From: Candidatus Rokuibacteriota bacterium | GTDB taxonomy: Bacteria; Methylomirabilota; Methylomirabilia; Rokubacteriales; CSP1-6 | Length of the DNA: 64,000 nucleotides | NCBI GenBank assembly: GCA_003220435.1 | Contig: QHSL01000062.1 | Location: 65,919-129,918 of the forward strand | Direction: 5' to 3' | In this document: positions 17,240-27,389 of the stretch, piece by piece | Layout of the letters: each line of letters begins with the position of its first letter | Numbering within the stretch: position 1 is the first letter of the stretch | Position numbers and translations under genes: made by a program | The notes under the pieces: model-generated | What the model was told of the DNA's origin: nothing | The model's input: only the letters and a program-made list of their open reading frames with translations | The model's database searches: none

Positions 17240-18466
17240 ATGGCGCTGAAGTTCCCGATCTTCATGGATGCGCAGTCCACGACGCCGGGGGATCCGCGGG
17301 TGGTCGAGGCGATGATCCCCTACTTCACCGAGAAGTTCGGTCACGCCGCGAGCCGTAACCACTCCTTCGGCTGGGAGGCGGAAGCCGGGGTGGATCGCGC
17401 GCGCGAGCAACTGGCCAAGATCATCGGCGCCCGGGACCCGAAGGAAATCGTGTTCACCTCGGGCGGGACCGAATCGATCAACCTCGCGATCAAGGGCGTC
17501 GCCGAAATGTACCGTGAGAAGGGCAATCACATCGTCACCACCGTCATCGAGCAGCGGGCGAGCCTCGACGTCTGCAAGCGGCTCGAGCGTCACGGCTACG
17601 AGGTGACGTACGTCCCGGTGCGACCCGACGGGCTCGTGGAGCTCGAGGCGATCCAGAAGGCGATCACCGACCGAACGATCCTCATCTCGGTCATGGTCGC
17701 GAACAACGAAGTCGGCACGATCCAGGATATCGCGGCGATCGGCCGGCTCGCCAAGGAGAAAGGGATCATCTTCCACGCCGATGGAACGCAGGCGGTCGGC
17801 AAGATCCCCCTGAACGTGGAGACGATGGGGATCGACCTGCTGTCGTGCACCGCCCACCTGATCTATGGTCCCAAAGGGGTCGGCGCGCTGTACGTGCGGC
17901 GCAAGGGGCCGCGGGTGCGTATCGCGCCGCTCATCGACGGTGGCGGCCACGAGCGCGGGATGCGCTCCGGAACGCTGCCGGTGCCGCTGATCGTCGGCTT
18001 CGGACGGGCGGCCGAGATCTGCGGCGAGGTCATGGCCGAGGAGAGCGCTCGGCTCGCGAAGCTACGCGATCGGTTGCAAGACATGATCCTCTCCAATGTC
18101 GACGAGGCGTTCCTCAACGGGCACCCGGAGCGGCGGCTGCCGCACAACCTGAATATCTCGTTCGCGTACGTCGAGGGTGAGTCGGTGCTGATGGGGCTGA
18201 ACAAGGAGACCGCGCTCTCCTCGGGCTCGGCGTGCACCTCGTCGACGCTGGAGCCGTCGTACGTGATTGGTGCGCTCGGGGCGAGTGCCGAGCTCGCCCA
18301 TTCGTCGATCCGGTTCAGCCTGCATCGGTTCACCACCGAGGAAGAAGTCGAACATGTCGGGGCGCGGACGATCGAGGTCGTCAAGCGCTTGCGGGAGATG
18401 TCGCCGCTGTACGAGCTGGCGAAAGAGGGCGTGGATCTGAAGTCCATCCGCTGGAAGGCCGAGTAA
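17240..18466 (+). CDS. iscS: IscS-subfamily cysteine desulfurase homolog lacking the PLP Lys and stacking His (probable pseudo-enzyme)
   Basis: Colinear with IscS: EIVFTSGGTES, NNEVGTIQ, GGGHERGMRSGTL, SSGSACTS, HSSIRFS, C-terminal SPLYE...GVDLKSIRW. However EHK is EQR and AHKIYGPKG is AHLIYGPKG. Confidence 0.92.
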   Translation: MALKFPIFMDAQSTTPGDPRVVEAMIPYFTEKFGHAASRNHSFGWEAEAGVDRAREQLAKIIGARDPKEIVFTSGGTESINLAIKGVAEMYREKGNHIVTTVIEQRASLDVCKRLERHGYEVTYVPVRPDGLVELEAIQKAITDRTILISVMVANNEVGTIQDIAAIGRLAKEKGIIFHADGTQAVGKIPLNVETMGIDLLSCTAHLIYGPKGVGALYVRRKGPRVRIAPLIDGGGHERGMRSGTLPVPLIVGFGRAAEICGEVMAEESARLAKLRDRLQDMILSNVDEAFLNGHPERRLPHNLNISFAYVEGESVLMGLNKETALSSGSACTSSTLEPSYVIGALGASAELAHSSIRFSLHRFTTEEEVEHVGARTIEVVKRLREMSPLYELAKEGVDLKSIRWKAE

Positions 18467-18478
18467 GGGGGTTGAGCC

Positions 18479-18886
18479 ATGGCGTATAGCGAGAAGGTCG
18501 TCGACCACTACAACAACCCGCGCAACGTTGGGTCCTTCGCCAAGGACACGCCGGGGTTGGGGACGGGGCTCGTCGGCGCGCCGGAATGCGGCGACGTCAT
18601 GAAGCTCCAGATCAAGGTGAACCTCGACACCGGCGTGATCGAGGACGCCAAGTTCAAGACGTTCGGGTGCGGCAGCGCCATCGCATCGTCGAGCCTGGCC
18701 ACCGAGTGGCTGAAGGGCAAGACGGTCGACGAGGCGTCCAAGATCAAGAACACGGACATCGTGAACGAGCTCAAGCTGCCGCCGGTCAAGATCCACTGCT
18801 CGGTGCTGGCGGAGGACGCGATCAAGGCGGCGCTGGCGGACTACCGCGAGAAGCACGCGGCGGCGGACGCCGAGGCGTCCACGTAG
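18479..18886 (+). CDS. iscU: Fe-S cluster scaffold IscU
   Basis: YSEKVVDHYNNPRNVG, APECGDVM, TFGCGSAIASSS, LPPVKIHCS. Confidence 0.97.
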   Translation: MAYSEKVVDHYNNPRNVGSFAKDTPGLGTGLVGAPECGDVMKLQIKVNLDTGVIEDAKFKTFGCGSAIASSSLATEWLKGKTVDEASKIKNTDIVNELKLPPVKIHCSVLAEDAIKAALADYREKHAAADAEAST

Positions 18887-18907
18887 GGGACGGGAGGAGA
18901 GGGTTCT

Positions 18908-19237
18908 ATGGCCGTTGCTCTGTCGGAGGCTGCGGTGCACCAGGTGAAGGAGCTCAAGCAGGCTCAGAACCTGCCCAACACGGTGTTTCTGAGAATGGGC
19001 GTGAAGGGCGGAGGGTGCTCGGGCATGTCGTACTCGCTGGAGTTCGACAGCGAGATCGGGCCGCACGACAAGGAGTTCGAGATCGACGGGATCAAGGTCG
19101 TCGTGGACAAGAAGAGCTACCTGTACCTGAACGGCACGACCCTCGACTACGTCCGGCAGGGGCTGACGGGCGGCTTCACGTTCGTCAACCCCAACGCGAA
19201 GTCGAGCTGTGGATGCGGCACGTCGTTTTCGGCGTAG
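18908..19237 (+). CDS. iscA: A-type Fe-S carrier IscA/HesB
   Basis: GGGCSGMSY and NPNAKSSCGCGTSF. Confidence 0.95.
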   Translation: MAVALSEAAVHQVKELKQAQNLPNTVFLRMGVKGGGCSGMSYSLEFDSEIGPHDKEFEIDGIKVVVDKKSYLYLNGTTLDYVRQGLTGGFTFVNPNAKSSCGCGTSFSA

Positions 19238-19257
19238 CCGGGTCCTCCAGCGACAGA

Positions 19258-19291
19258 GAACGGGCCCGGCGAAGGGCCCGTTCGTATTTTT
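19258..19291 (+). terminator. Intrinsic terminator/attenuator between iscA and hscB
   Basis: gaacgggccc-ggcgaa-gggcccgttc 10-bp stem followed by gtattttt. Confidence 0.7.
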
Positions 19292-19307
19292 GAGGTCACG
19301 AGGGGAG

Positions 19308-19887
19308 ATGGACCACTTCGAGGTGTTCGGGCTGCCGCGCCGGCTCGCGATCGACGGCGCCGAGCTGCAGCGAAAGTTCTACGAGCTCTCGCGGCGCTAC
19401 CACCCGGACTTTCACCAGGCGGCCCCGCCCGAGCAGCAGGCCCAGGCGCTGGAGGCGTCCGCGCGGCTCAACGCCGCGTACCGGGCGCTCCGGGATCCGA
19501 TCGCGCGGATCGAGTATCTGGTCCGCCTCGAGGAGGGCCGCGAAACAAAGGAAGGCGCCGCCGTGAAGCCAAAGGCGCCGCCCGAGCTGCTCGAGGAGAT
19601 GTTCGAGATCCAGGAGTCGCTGCAGGAAGCCAAGGCATCCAACCGATCGTCGGGGCGGGATCCCGGCGCGCGGGCGACGCTCGCCGGCCAGCGCGATCGA
19701 TTGGTGGCGCGTTACCGGGACGAAGAAGCTCGACTCCGCGGACCGCTCAGCGCGGCGTGGGACGACGGCGTGCCCGCCGAACGGGGACGCGCCATCGCCG
19801 GCTTCAAGGACGCGCTGGCGGTGCGGGCGTATCTCCGCACCGTGATCGACGACATCGACCAGGCGCTCGGAGAGGCTGAGGAGGGAC

Positions 19888-19910
<23 letters not shown>
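19308..19910 (+). CDS. hscB: Fe-S assembly co-chaperone HscB
   Basis: MDHFEVFGLP, J-domain HPD, LNAAYRALRDPIARIEYL, FEIQESL. aggggag RBS. Confidence 0.92.
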
Positions 19911-21716
<1,806 letters not shown>

Positions 21717-21717
<1 letters not shown>

Positions 21718-22040
21718 TGGCGGTCCACAAGGTGACGTTTCTGCCGCTCGACGTGACGGTGGAGGTCGACGACGAGAACTACCCGCTGGCCGACCACGGC
21801 AAGCCCGGCTCGCTCCTCGATATCGCGCTCGCCAAGGGGATCCACCTCGAGCACAACTGCGGCGGCAGCTGCGCCTGCACGACCTGTCACGTGATCGTGA
21901 AGGAGGGCGAGGAGAACCTGTCCGAGATGCAATCGGACGAGGAGGACCGGCTGGACATGGCGGAGGGGTTGACGATCCACTCGCGGCTCGGCTGCCAGGC
22001 TATCGTCCGGGGCAACGTCGTCGTGGAGATTCCGAAGTGA
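21717..22040 (+). CDS. fdx: ISC-type 2Fe-2S ferredoxin
   Basis: HNCGGSCACTTCHV and SRLGCQ. Confidence 0.95.
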
Positions 22041-22240
22041 TCGGCTGGCGGGACACCGAGGACATCGCGATCGCGCTCAGCGAGAACCATCCGGCGCTCG
22101 ACCCTCTGACGGTGCGCTTCACCGATCTCCATCGCTGGGTGATCGAGCTGCCGGGCTTCGGCGACGACCCGAAGGGATCCAACGAGAAGATTCTCGAGGC
22201 GATCCAGATGGCGTGGCTGGACGAGTATCGGAACCGGTAG
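22037..22240 (+). CDS. iscX: Fe-S assembly protein IscX
   Basis: WRDTEDIAIAL, VRFTDLHRWV, SNEKILEAIQMAWLDE. Confidence 0.95.
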   Translation: MIGWRDTEDIAIALSENHPALDPLTVRFTDLHRWVIELPGFGDDPKGSNEKILEAIQMAWLDEYRNR

Positions 22241-22251
22241 GGCCGGTGCGC

Positions 22252-22476
22252 CTACCAGGTCACGACGCGATCGGCAGCGAAGATGAGGTCCAGAAGGTGC
22301 GCGTACGAAAGATCGGCGTCGAGACGGCGAAGGACGACCGCGGCCGGGAGATCCGGCGTCGGGTTCCCGGGCAGGACGACCACCGTGACGTGGTCGCCGG
22401 CCCGCACGTGCTGATCGATCACCGTGCGGGCCAGTGCGGCGTCTCCGCTCTTGAGCAGATGGAGCACCGCGGCCAT
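22252..22476 (-). CDS. DsrH/TusB-like small protein
   Basis: N-terminal VLHLLKS and C-terminal LSYAHLLDLIFAADRVVTW resemble DsrH/TusB. Third gene of a coupled trio. Confidence 0.6.
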   Translation of the reverse strand: MAAVLHLLKSGDAALARTVIDQHVRAGDHVTVVVLPGNPTPDLPAAVVLRRLDADLSYAHLLDLIFAADRVVTW

Positions 22477-22832
22477 CAGAAGACCAGAACGCGGCGGGCG
22501 CTCCGGACGAGACCGGCGGCCTCGTCGCGGCTCACGGGGACGACCGGGTGGGCGTCGGCGTTCCAGGTCGCGTGGGCCGGGATCGCGTCGGCGTCGACGT
22601 GGAACGGGACGCCGAGCGCCTTGAGGTTCGCGCGAAATCTCGCGATGTCGTCGCCGTCGACGAGCTCGTCGGTGTCCTCGTCGAGCAGGTGGGTGCCGGG
22701 CCCCAGCAGCACGAAGGTCACCGCATTCTCGCCGGCCACGATGCCGAGCCCGATGCGCATCGCCTCGTTCGCGCGGTGCGACGCGCGCGGATCGGTCGAG
22801 ATCACCAGAACGACCGGGGAGCTGTCGACCAC
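22476..22832 (-). CDS. DsrF/TusC-like protein
   Basis: VVLVISTDPRASHRANEAMRIGLG and C-terminal ARRVLVF fit the DsrE/F fold. No Cys, as expected for DsrF-type subunits. Confidence 0.65.
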   Translation of the reverse strand: MVDSSPVVLVISTDPRASHRANEAMRIGLGIVAGENAVTFVLLGPGTHLLDEDTDELVDGDDIARFRANLKALGVPFHVDADAIPAHATWNADAHPVVPVSRDEAAGLVRSARRVLVF

Positions 22833-22836
22833 GGAG

Positions 22837-23160
22837 TCAGTTGAGCGCGACGAAGCGATCGGTGGCGTTGATCAAGTCGGTCAGCACGACGAGACCGCAG
22901 TACGTCACGCTGTCCGCGTCGCGCAGCGGAATCCGGCGCTTCTGGCAGCCGTAGGCGCACACGAACAGCTTTCCGCCGCGCTCCGGCAGCGCGCGGATGC
23001 GCGGGTCGTCGAGCGCGCGGACGCCGTCGTCGATGAGGTAGAGGTAGAGGTCCACGCCGCGGTCCAGCGCCGCCTGCGACAGCCCCACCGCGGTCTCGAG
23101 GTTGGCGTGCTCGGGCCCGGTCGACAGGAGCACACCGAGCTTCTTCTTCGCGAGATCCAT
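22837..23160 (-). CDS. DsrE/TusD-like sulfur-carrier protein
   Basis: KKLGVLLSTGP, YLYLIDDGV, LFVCAYGCQKRRI (conserved DsrE Cys), GLVVLTDLINATDRFVAL. Confidence 0.8.
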   Translation of the reverse strand: MDLAKKKLGVLLSTGPEHANLETAVGLSQAALDRGVDLYLYLIDDGVRALDDPRIRALPERGGKLFVCAYGCQKRRIPLRDADSVTYCGLVVLTDLINATDRFVALN

Positions 23161-23169
23161 CGCGAAGTG

Positions 23170-23198
23170 AGCGTAGCATCGTAAAAAATGGAGAGCAA
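23170..23198 (-). promoter_or_regulatory. Sigma70-type promoter for the dsrEFH-like trio (near-leaderless)
   Basis: On the minus strand TTGCTC-N17-TACGCT with extended TG, 9 nt upstream of the ATG at 23160. Confidence 0.55.
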
Positions 23199-23202
23199 GC
23201 CG

Positions 23203-24360
23203 ATGAACCGACGAGTGTACCTGGATCACAACGCGTCGACACCGGTCCACCCCGAGGTCGTCGCGGAGATGCTCCCATACTTCACCGAGCTGTACGGGAA
23301 TCCCTCGAGCATCCACGCGTTCGGGCGTGAGGCGCGGGAAGGAATGGATCTCGCGCGCGAGCGCGTCGCGCGCTTCCTCAAGGTCTCGCCGCAAGAGATC
23401 GTGTTCACCTCGGGGGGGACCGAGTCCGACAACTTCGGCGTGAAGGGGCTCGCGTGGGCCCGCGGGCGGGGACACCTGATCACCTCGCAGGTCGAGCATC
23501 ACGCGATCCTCCGCACCTGTCGGGCCCTCGAGGCCCAGGGCTTCGATCTGACCTGCGTCTCCGTCGACGAGTTCGGAATGGTGGATCCGGACGAGATCCG
23601 CCGCGCGATCCGCCCCGACACGGTGGCGATCAGCATCATGCACGCGAACAGCGAGGTGGGAACGATCCAGCCGATCGCGGCGATCGGCCGCATCGCGCGG
23701 GAGCACGGCGTCCCGTTCCACGTCGACGCGGTGCAGACATTCGGCAAGCTGCCGCTCGACGTCGATGCCCTCGGGATCGACGCGCTCTCGTTCTCGGCCC
23801 ACAAGATCTACGGCCCGAAGGGCGTCGCCGGGCTGTTCGTTCGCAAGGGCACCAAGATGGTCGCGGTCCAGCACGGCGGCGAACACGAGCGGCGCCGACG
23901 GGCGGGGACCGAGAACCTGCCGGGCATCGTCGGACTGGGTAAGGCGGTCGAGGTCCGGGCCCGCGACATGCAGGCCGAGGCCGAGCGGGTCACCGCGCTC
24001 CGCGACCGGCTGTGGCAGGGCGTGCGCGCGCGCGTGCCCGAGGTGAGGCTATCCGGCCATCCCACGGAGCGCCTTCCCGGGACCGCCAGCCTGCTGTTCC
24101 GTCACGTGGAGTCCGAGTCGATCGTCCTCGGTCTCGACCTCAAGGGAATCGGAGTGTCGGCCGGCTCGGCGTGCACGTCGGGCAACGTCGAACCCTCGCA
24201 CGTCCTGGTCGCGATGGGAGTCCCGCTCGACTGGGCGATGGGTTCGGTGCGGTGCTCGCTTGGTCGCTCGACCACGGCCGAGGACATCGACTACGTCGTC
24301 GAATGCCTCGAGCCGCTCGTGCGGAAGCTGCGGCAGGCGATGCCCGTCGGGGCTGCATGA
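23203..24360 (+). CDS. nifS: Cysteine desulfurase, group I NifS/IscS-like, catalytically intact (alternative start 23188)
   Basis: YLDHNASTP, YGNPSS, VEHHAI, SAHKIYGPKG (PLP Lys), SAGSACTSG (catalytic Cys). Confidence 0.93.
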   Translation: MNRRVYLDHNASTPVHPEVVAEMLPYFTELYGNPSSIHAFGREAREGMDLARERVARFLKVSPQEIVFTSGGTESDNFGVKGLAWARGRGHLITSQVEHHAILRTCRALEAQGFDLTCVSVDEFGMVDPDEIRRAIRPDTVAISIMHANSEVGTIQPIAAIGRIAREHGVPFHVDAVQTFGKLPLDVDALGIDALSFSAHKIYGPKGVAGLFVRKGTKMVAVQHGGEHERRRRAGTENLPGIVGLGKAVEVRARDMQAEAERVTALRDRLWQGVRARVPEVRLSGHPTERLPGTASLLFRHVESESIVLGLDLKGIGVSAGSACTSGNVEPSHVLVAMGVPLDWAMGSVRCSLGRSTTAEDIDYVVECLEPLVRKLRQAMPVGAA

Positions 24361-24728
24361 GATACAGCTCGACGCTCGTCGACCACTTCCTGAATCCCCG
24401 GAACGCCGGCATCATGCGCGAGCCGGACGGGGTCGGTGAAGACGAGTACGCGGGGTGCGGCGACCTGGCCCGGTTCTTTCTGAGGGTCCGCGACGGGCGC
24501 GCCGTGGAGATTCGCTTCCAGACGTACGGCTGCGGCCCCACGATCGCGGCGGCGAGCGTCGCCAGCGAGCTCTACCGCGGGCGCCTCGTCGGTGACCTGT
24601 GCGCGGTGGAGGGGGCCGAGATCGAGCGAGCGCTCGACGGGCTTCCCCAGGACCGCCGGCACGCCGCCGACGTCGCCGCCGGCGCGCTGCGGGCGGCGGC
24701 GGCCCAGTACCGGGCGCGGCAGGGCTGA
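24357..24728 (+). CDS. IscU/NifU-N-like paralog lacking the third Cys and LPPVK
   Basis: YSSTLVDHFLNPRNAG, AGCGD, TYGCGPTIAAAS present. LPQDRRHAA replaces LPPVKIHCS. ATGA-coupled to the desulfurase. Confidence 0.85.
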   Translation: MRYSSTLVDHFLNPRNAGIMREPDGVGEDEYAGCGDLARFFLRVRDGRAVEIRFQTYGCGPTIAAASVASELYRGRLVGDLCAVEGAEIERALDGLPQDRRHAADVAAGALRAAAAQYRARQG

Positions 24729-24731
24729 GGA

Positions 24732-25394
24732 ATGTTCGACGCGGTCCGCCGTGACATCAGGGCGGTGCTCGCGCGGGATCCGGCCGCCCGCTCCTCCCTC
24801 GAGGTCGTGCTGTGCTACCCGGGCGTGCACGCGCTCTTCTTCCATCGGCTCGCCCACGCGATCTGGCAGCGTGGCTGGACCACACCCGCGCGGTTCCTGT
24901 CGCACGTGGGCCGATTCCTCACCGGCATCGAGATCCATCCGGCCGCGAAGCTCGGGCCCGGGCTCTTCATCGACCACGGCATGGGTGTGGTGATCGGCGA
25001 GACCGCGGAAGTTGGGGAGAACGTCACGCTGCTCCAAGGCGTGACCCTCGGTGGGACCAGTCTCCGGCGGGGCAAGCGCCATCCGACCCTCGGCGACAAC
25101 GTCGTCGTCGGGGCCGGCGCGAAGATCATCGGCGCCTTCAAGATCGGCGACGGCAGCCGCATCGGCGCCGGGTCCGTGGTGGTGCGCGAGGTGCCGACGA
25201 ACTCCGTCGTCGTGGGCGTTCCGGGCCGGGTAACATACCGCGATGGGCAACGGGTCGCGGGGGAGATCGACCTGGACCAGACGGATCTCCCGGATCCGCT
25301 GAGCAAAGCGATCGAGCAGCTCGTCGAGCGGATCCGATCGCTCGAGGGCGAGCTCGAGACGCTCAGGAAGAAAGTCGAGGAGGAACGCGCGTGA
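24732..25394 (+). CDS. cysE: Serine O-acetyltransferase
   Basis: [50 protein letters not shown]. Confidence 0.95.
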   Translation: MFDAVRRDIRAVLARDPAARSSLEVVLCYPGVHALFFHRLAHAIWQRGWTTPARFLSHVGRFLTGIEIHPAAKLGPGLFIDHGMGVVIGETAEVGENVTLLQGVTLGGTSLRRGKRHPTLGDNVVVGAGAKIIGAFKIGDGSRIGAGSVVVREVPTNSVVVGVPGRVTYRDGQRVAGEIDLDQTDLPDPLSKAIEQLVERIRSLEGELETLRKKVEEERA

Positions 25395-25570
25395 ATGCCA
25401 AGGACACACTGAGCCTCAAGGAAGCGTCGACGTACCTCGGAATGGACGAGAGGACGCTCGCGTCGCTCGCCTCCGAGCGGCGCATCCCGTCGGTCCAGCT
25501 CGACGGCGCCTGGATCTTCTCGAAGAAGTCGATCGACAAGTGGCGGAGCCTCCAAGTGCGGCGCCCGTGA
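25391..25570 (+). CDS. Small HTH_17 (excisionase-like) DNA-binding protein
   Basis: [17 protein letters not shown]...[24 protein letters not shown] overlap with the cysE stop. Confidence 0.75.
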   Translation: MNAKDTLSLKEASTYLGMDERTLASLASERRIPSVQLDGAWIFSKKSIDKWRSLQVRRP

Positions 25571-26131
25571 TCCCGCGCGAACACGCCTGGTCGATCCTCA
25601 CCGAGTTCACCAAGAGCGACAGCCTCCGGAAGCACGCCCGCGCGGTCGAGGCCTCGATGCGCGCCTACGCCGGCCGCTACGGCGAAGACCTCGATGCGTG
25701 GGGTGTGGCGGGCATGCTTCACGATTTCGACTACGAGATGCACCCGGCGGCGCCCCGCCACCCCTTGAAGGGCGCCGAGATCCTCCTGTCGCGGGGCGTT
25801 CCAGGGGAGATCGGTGCGCGCGATCCTGGCGCACGCGGACTACAGTGGCGTGCCCCGTGTTTCCCGGCTGGATCGCGCGCTCTACGCCTGCGACGAGCTC
25901 TCTGGATTTGTCCACGCGGTCGCGCTCGTGCGGCCCGGGAGGGTGATCGCCGGCCTCGAGCCGCCGTCGGTCCGGAAGAAGCTCAAGGACAAGGGGTTCG
26001 CGCGCACCGTCAACCGTGACGACGTCTACCGCGGCGCCTCCGAGCTCGGCGTCGACCTCGACGAGCACATCGCGTTCGTCGTCTCGGCGCTGACGGACGT
26101 CGCGCCAGAGATCGGTCTCAGCCGCGGCTGA
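25567..26131 (+). pseudogene. HD/HDIG-domain phosphohydrolase split by a +1 frameshift near 25813 (pseudogene or sequence error)
   Basis: First frame: LRKHARAVE...GMLHDFDYE...HPLKGAEIL...GEI. It continues in another frame as VRAILAHADY...ACDELSGFV...KDKGFARTVNR. There is one extra G in gag-atc-G-gtg-cgc. Confidence 0.8.
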
Positions 26132-26135
26132 CGCT

Positions 26136-27311
26136 GTGCCCCGGGCGATCGCCCACGTCGACATGGACGCGTTCTACGCGTCGATCGAGCAGAGGGATCG
26201 TCCCGAGTTGCGTGGACGCCCCGTGATCGTCGGCGCCAGCCCCGGTGGTCGCGGCGTCGTCTCGGCGGCCTCCTACGAGGCGCGTCCCTACGGCGTCCGC
26301 TCGGCGATGCCGATCAGCCGAGCGGCGAGGCTCTGCCCGCACGCCGCGTTCCTGCCGGTGGACATGGTCAAGTACCAGCGGGTGTCGGTCCAGGTCATGG
26401 GGATCCTCGCGGACTTTTCGCCGCTGGTGGAGCCCGTGTCGATCGACGAGGCGTTCGTCGACCTGACCGGAACCGAGCCGCTCTTCGGCGCCCCGGTCGA
26501 CGCGGTTCGGTTGATCAAGCAGCGGATCCGGACGGAGACCGCGCTGACCGCGTCGGCCGGGCTCGCGGCGAACAAATTCGTGGCGAAGGTCGCCTCCGAG
26601 CTCGGGAAGCCCGACGGGCTCGTCGTGGTGGAGGCGGGTGACGAGGCCCGCTTCCTGGGCGTCTTGCCGGTCGAGCACCTGTGGGGCGTCGGGCGGGTGA
26701 TGTCGAAGGAGCTCCGCGAGCTCGGCTTCACGACCATCGCCCAGCTGCAGAAGGCGCCGCGCGCGGTGCTGGCCAAGAAGTTCGGCAAGCACGGGGAGGC
26801 GCTCGCCGACCTCGCCTACGGGCGCGACGAGCGGCCGGTCGAGCCGTTCGGCGTTCCGAAATCGATCGGCGCGGAGGAGACCTTCGGCGTGGACTGCACG
26901 GACCACGAGCGTTTGCGGACGACGCTGCGGGCTCAGGCGGAGCGGGTCGCCGCCGAGCTGAGGGAAGGCGGCTTCTCGGCCGCCCGCGTGACCCTCAAGC
27001 TCCGGCTGGCGCCGTTCGAGACGCACACGCGGAGCGCGACCGGGGAGCGCACCCAGGACGGTCTCGAGCTCTACCGGCGTGCGGCGGCGCTGCTCGAGCG
27101 CGAGCGGCTCACGCGACCGATTCGCCTGATCGGGCTCTCCGCGTCGAGGCTGGGCCCGTCGGGAACCGGGCAGCTCGACCTCCTGGACCCGGCGGCGCTC
27201 CGGCGCGAGCGGCTGGCCCGGGTGGTCGATCGGCTCACCGCGAGATACGGCGAGGGAACCGTGATCCCGGCGGCGCTGTTGGGTGAACGGGGGCGACCGA
27301 CTGCGCTATAA
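26136..27311 (+). CDS. dinB: DNA polymerase IV
   Basis: HVDMDAFYASIE, SYEARPYGVRSAMP, SIDEAF, AKVASELGKPDG, clamp-binding QLDLL. Confidence 0.95.
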   Translation: MPRAIAHVDMDAFYASIEQRDRPELRGRPVIVGASPGGRGVVSAASYEARPYGVRSAMPISRAARLCPHAAFLPVDMVKYQRVSVQVMGILADFSPLVEPVSIDEAFVDLTGTEPLFGAPVDAVRLIKQRIRTETALTASAGLAANKFVAKVASELGKPDGLVVVEAGDEARFLGVLPVEHLWGVGRVMSKELRELGFTTIAQLQKAPRAVLAKKFGKHGEALADLAYGRDERPVEPFGVPKSIGAEETFGVDCTDHERLRTTLRAQAERVAAELREGGFSAARVTLKLRLAPFETHTRSATGERTQDGLELYRRAAALLERERLTRPIRLIGLSASRLGPSGTGQLDLLDPAALRRERLARVVDRLTARYGEGTVIPAALLGERGRPTAL

Positions 27312-27389
27312 TGCGCGCCACTGTGCGGGCGCATTCGCGGGTCGGCAGACCCTCGCATTCGTCGTGATCTTACGAGGGAGGACACCTTC

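Noticed and set aside
25391..25570. Excisionase-like HTH as a marker of a prophage or integrative element
   Set aside because: There is no integrase, att-like repeat, tRNA or compositional shift, and the gene overlaps both housekeeping neighbours.
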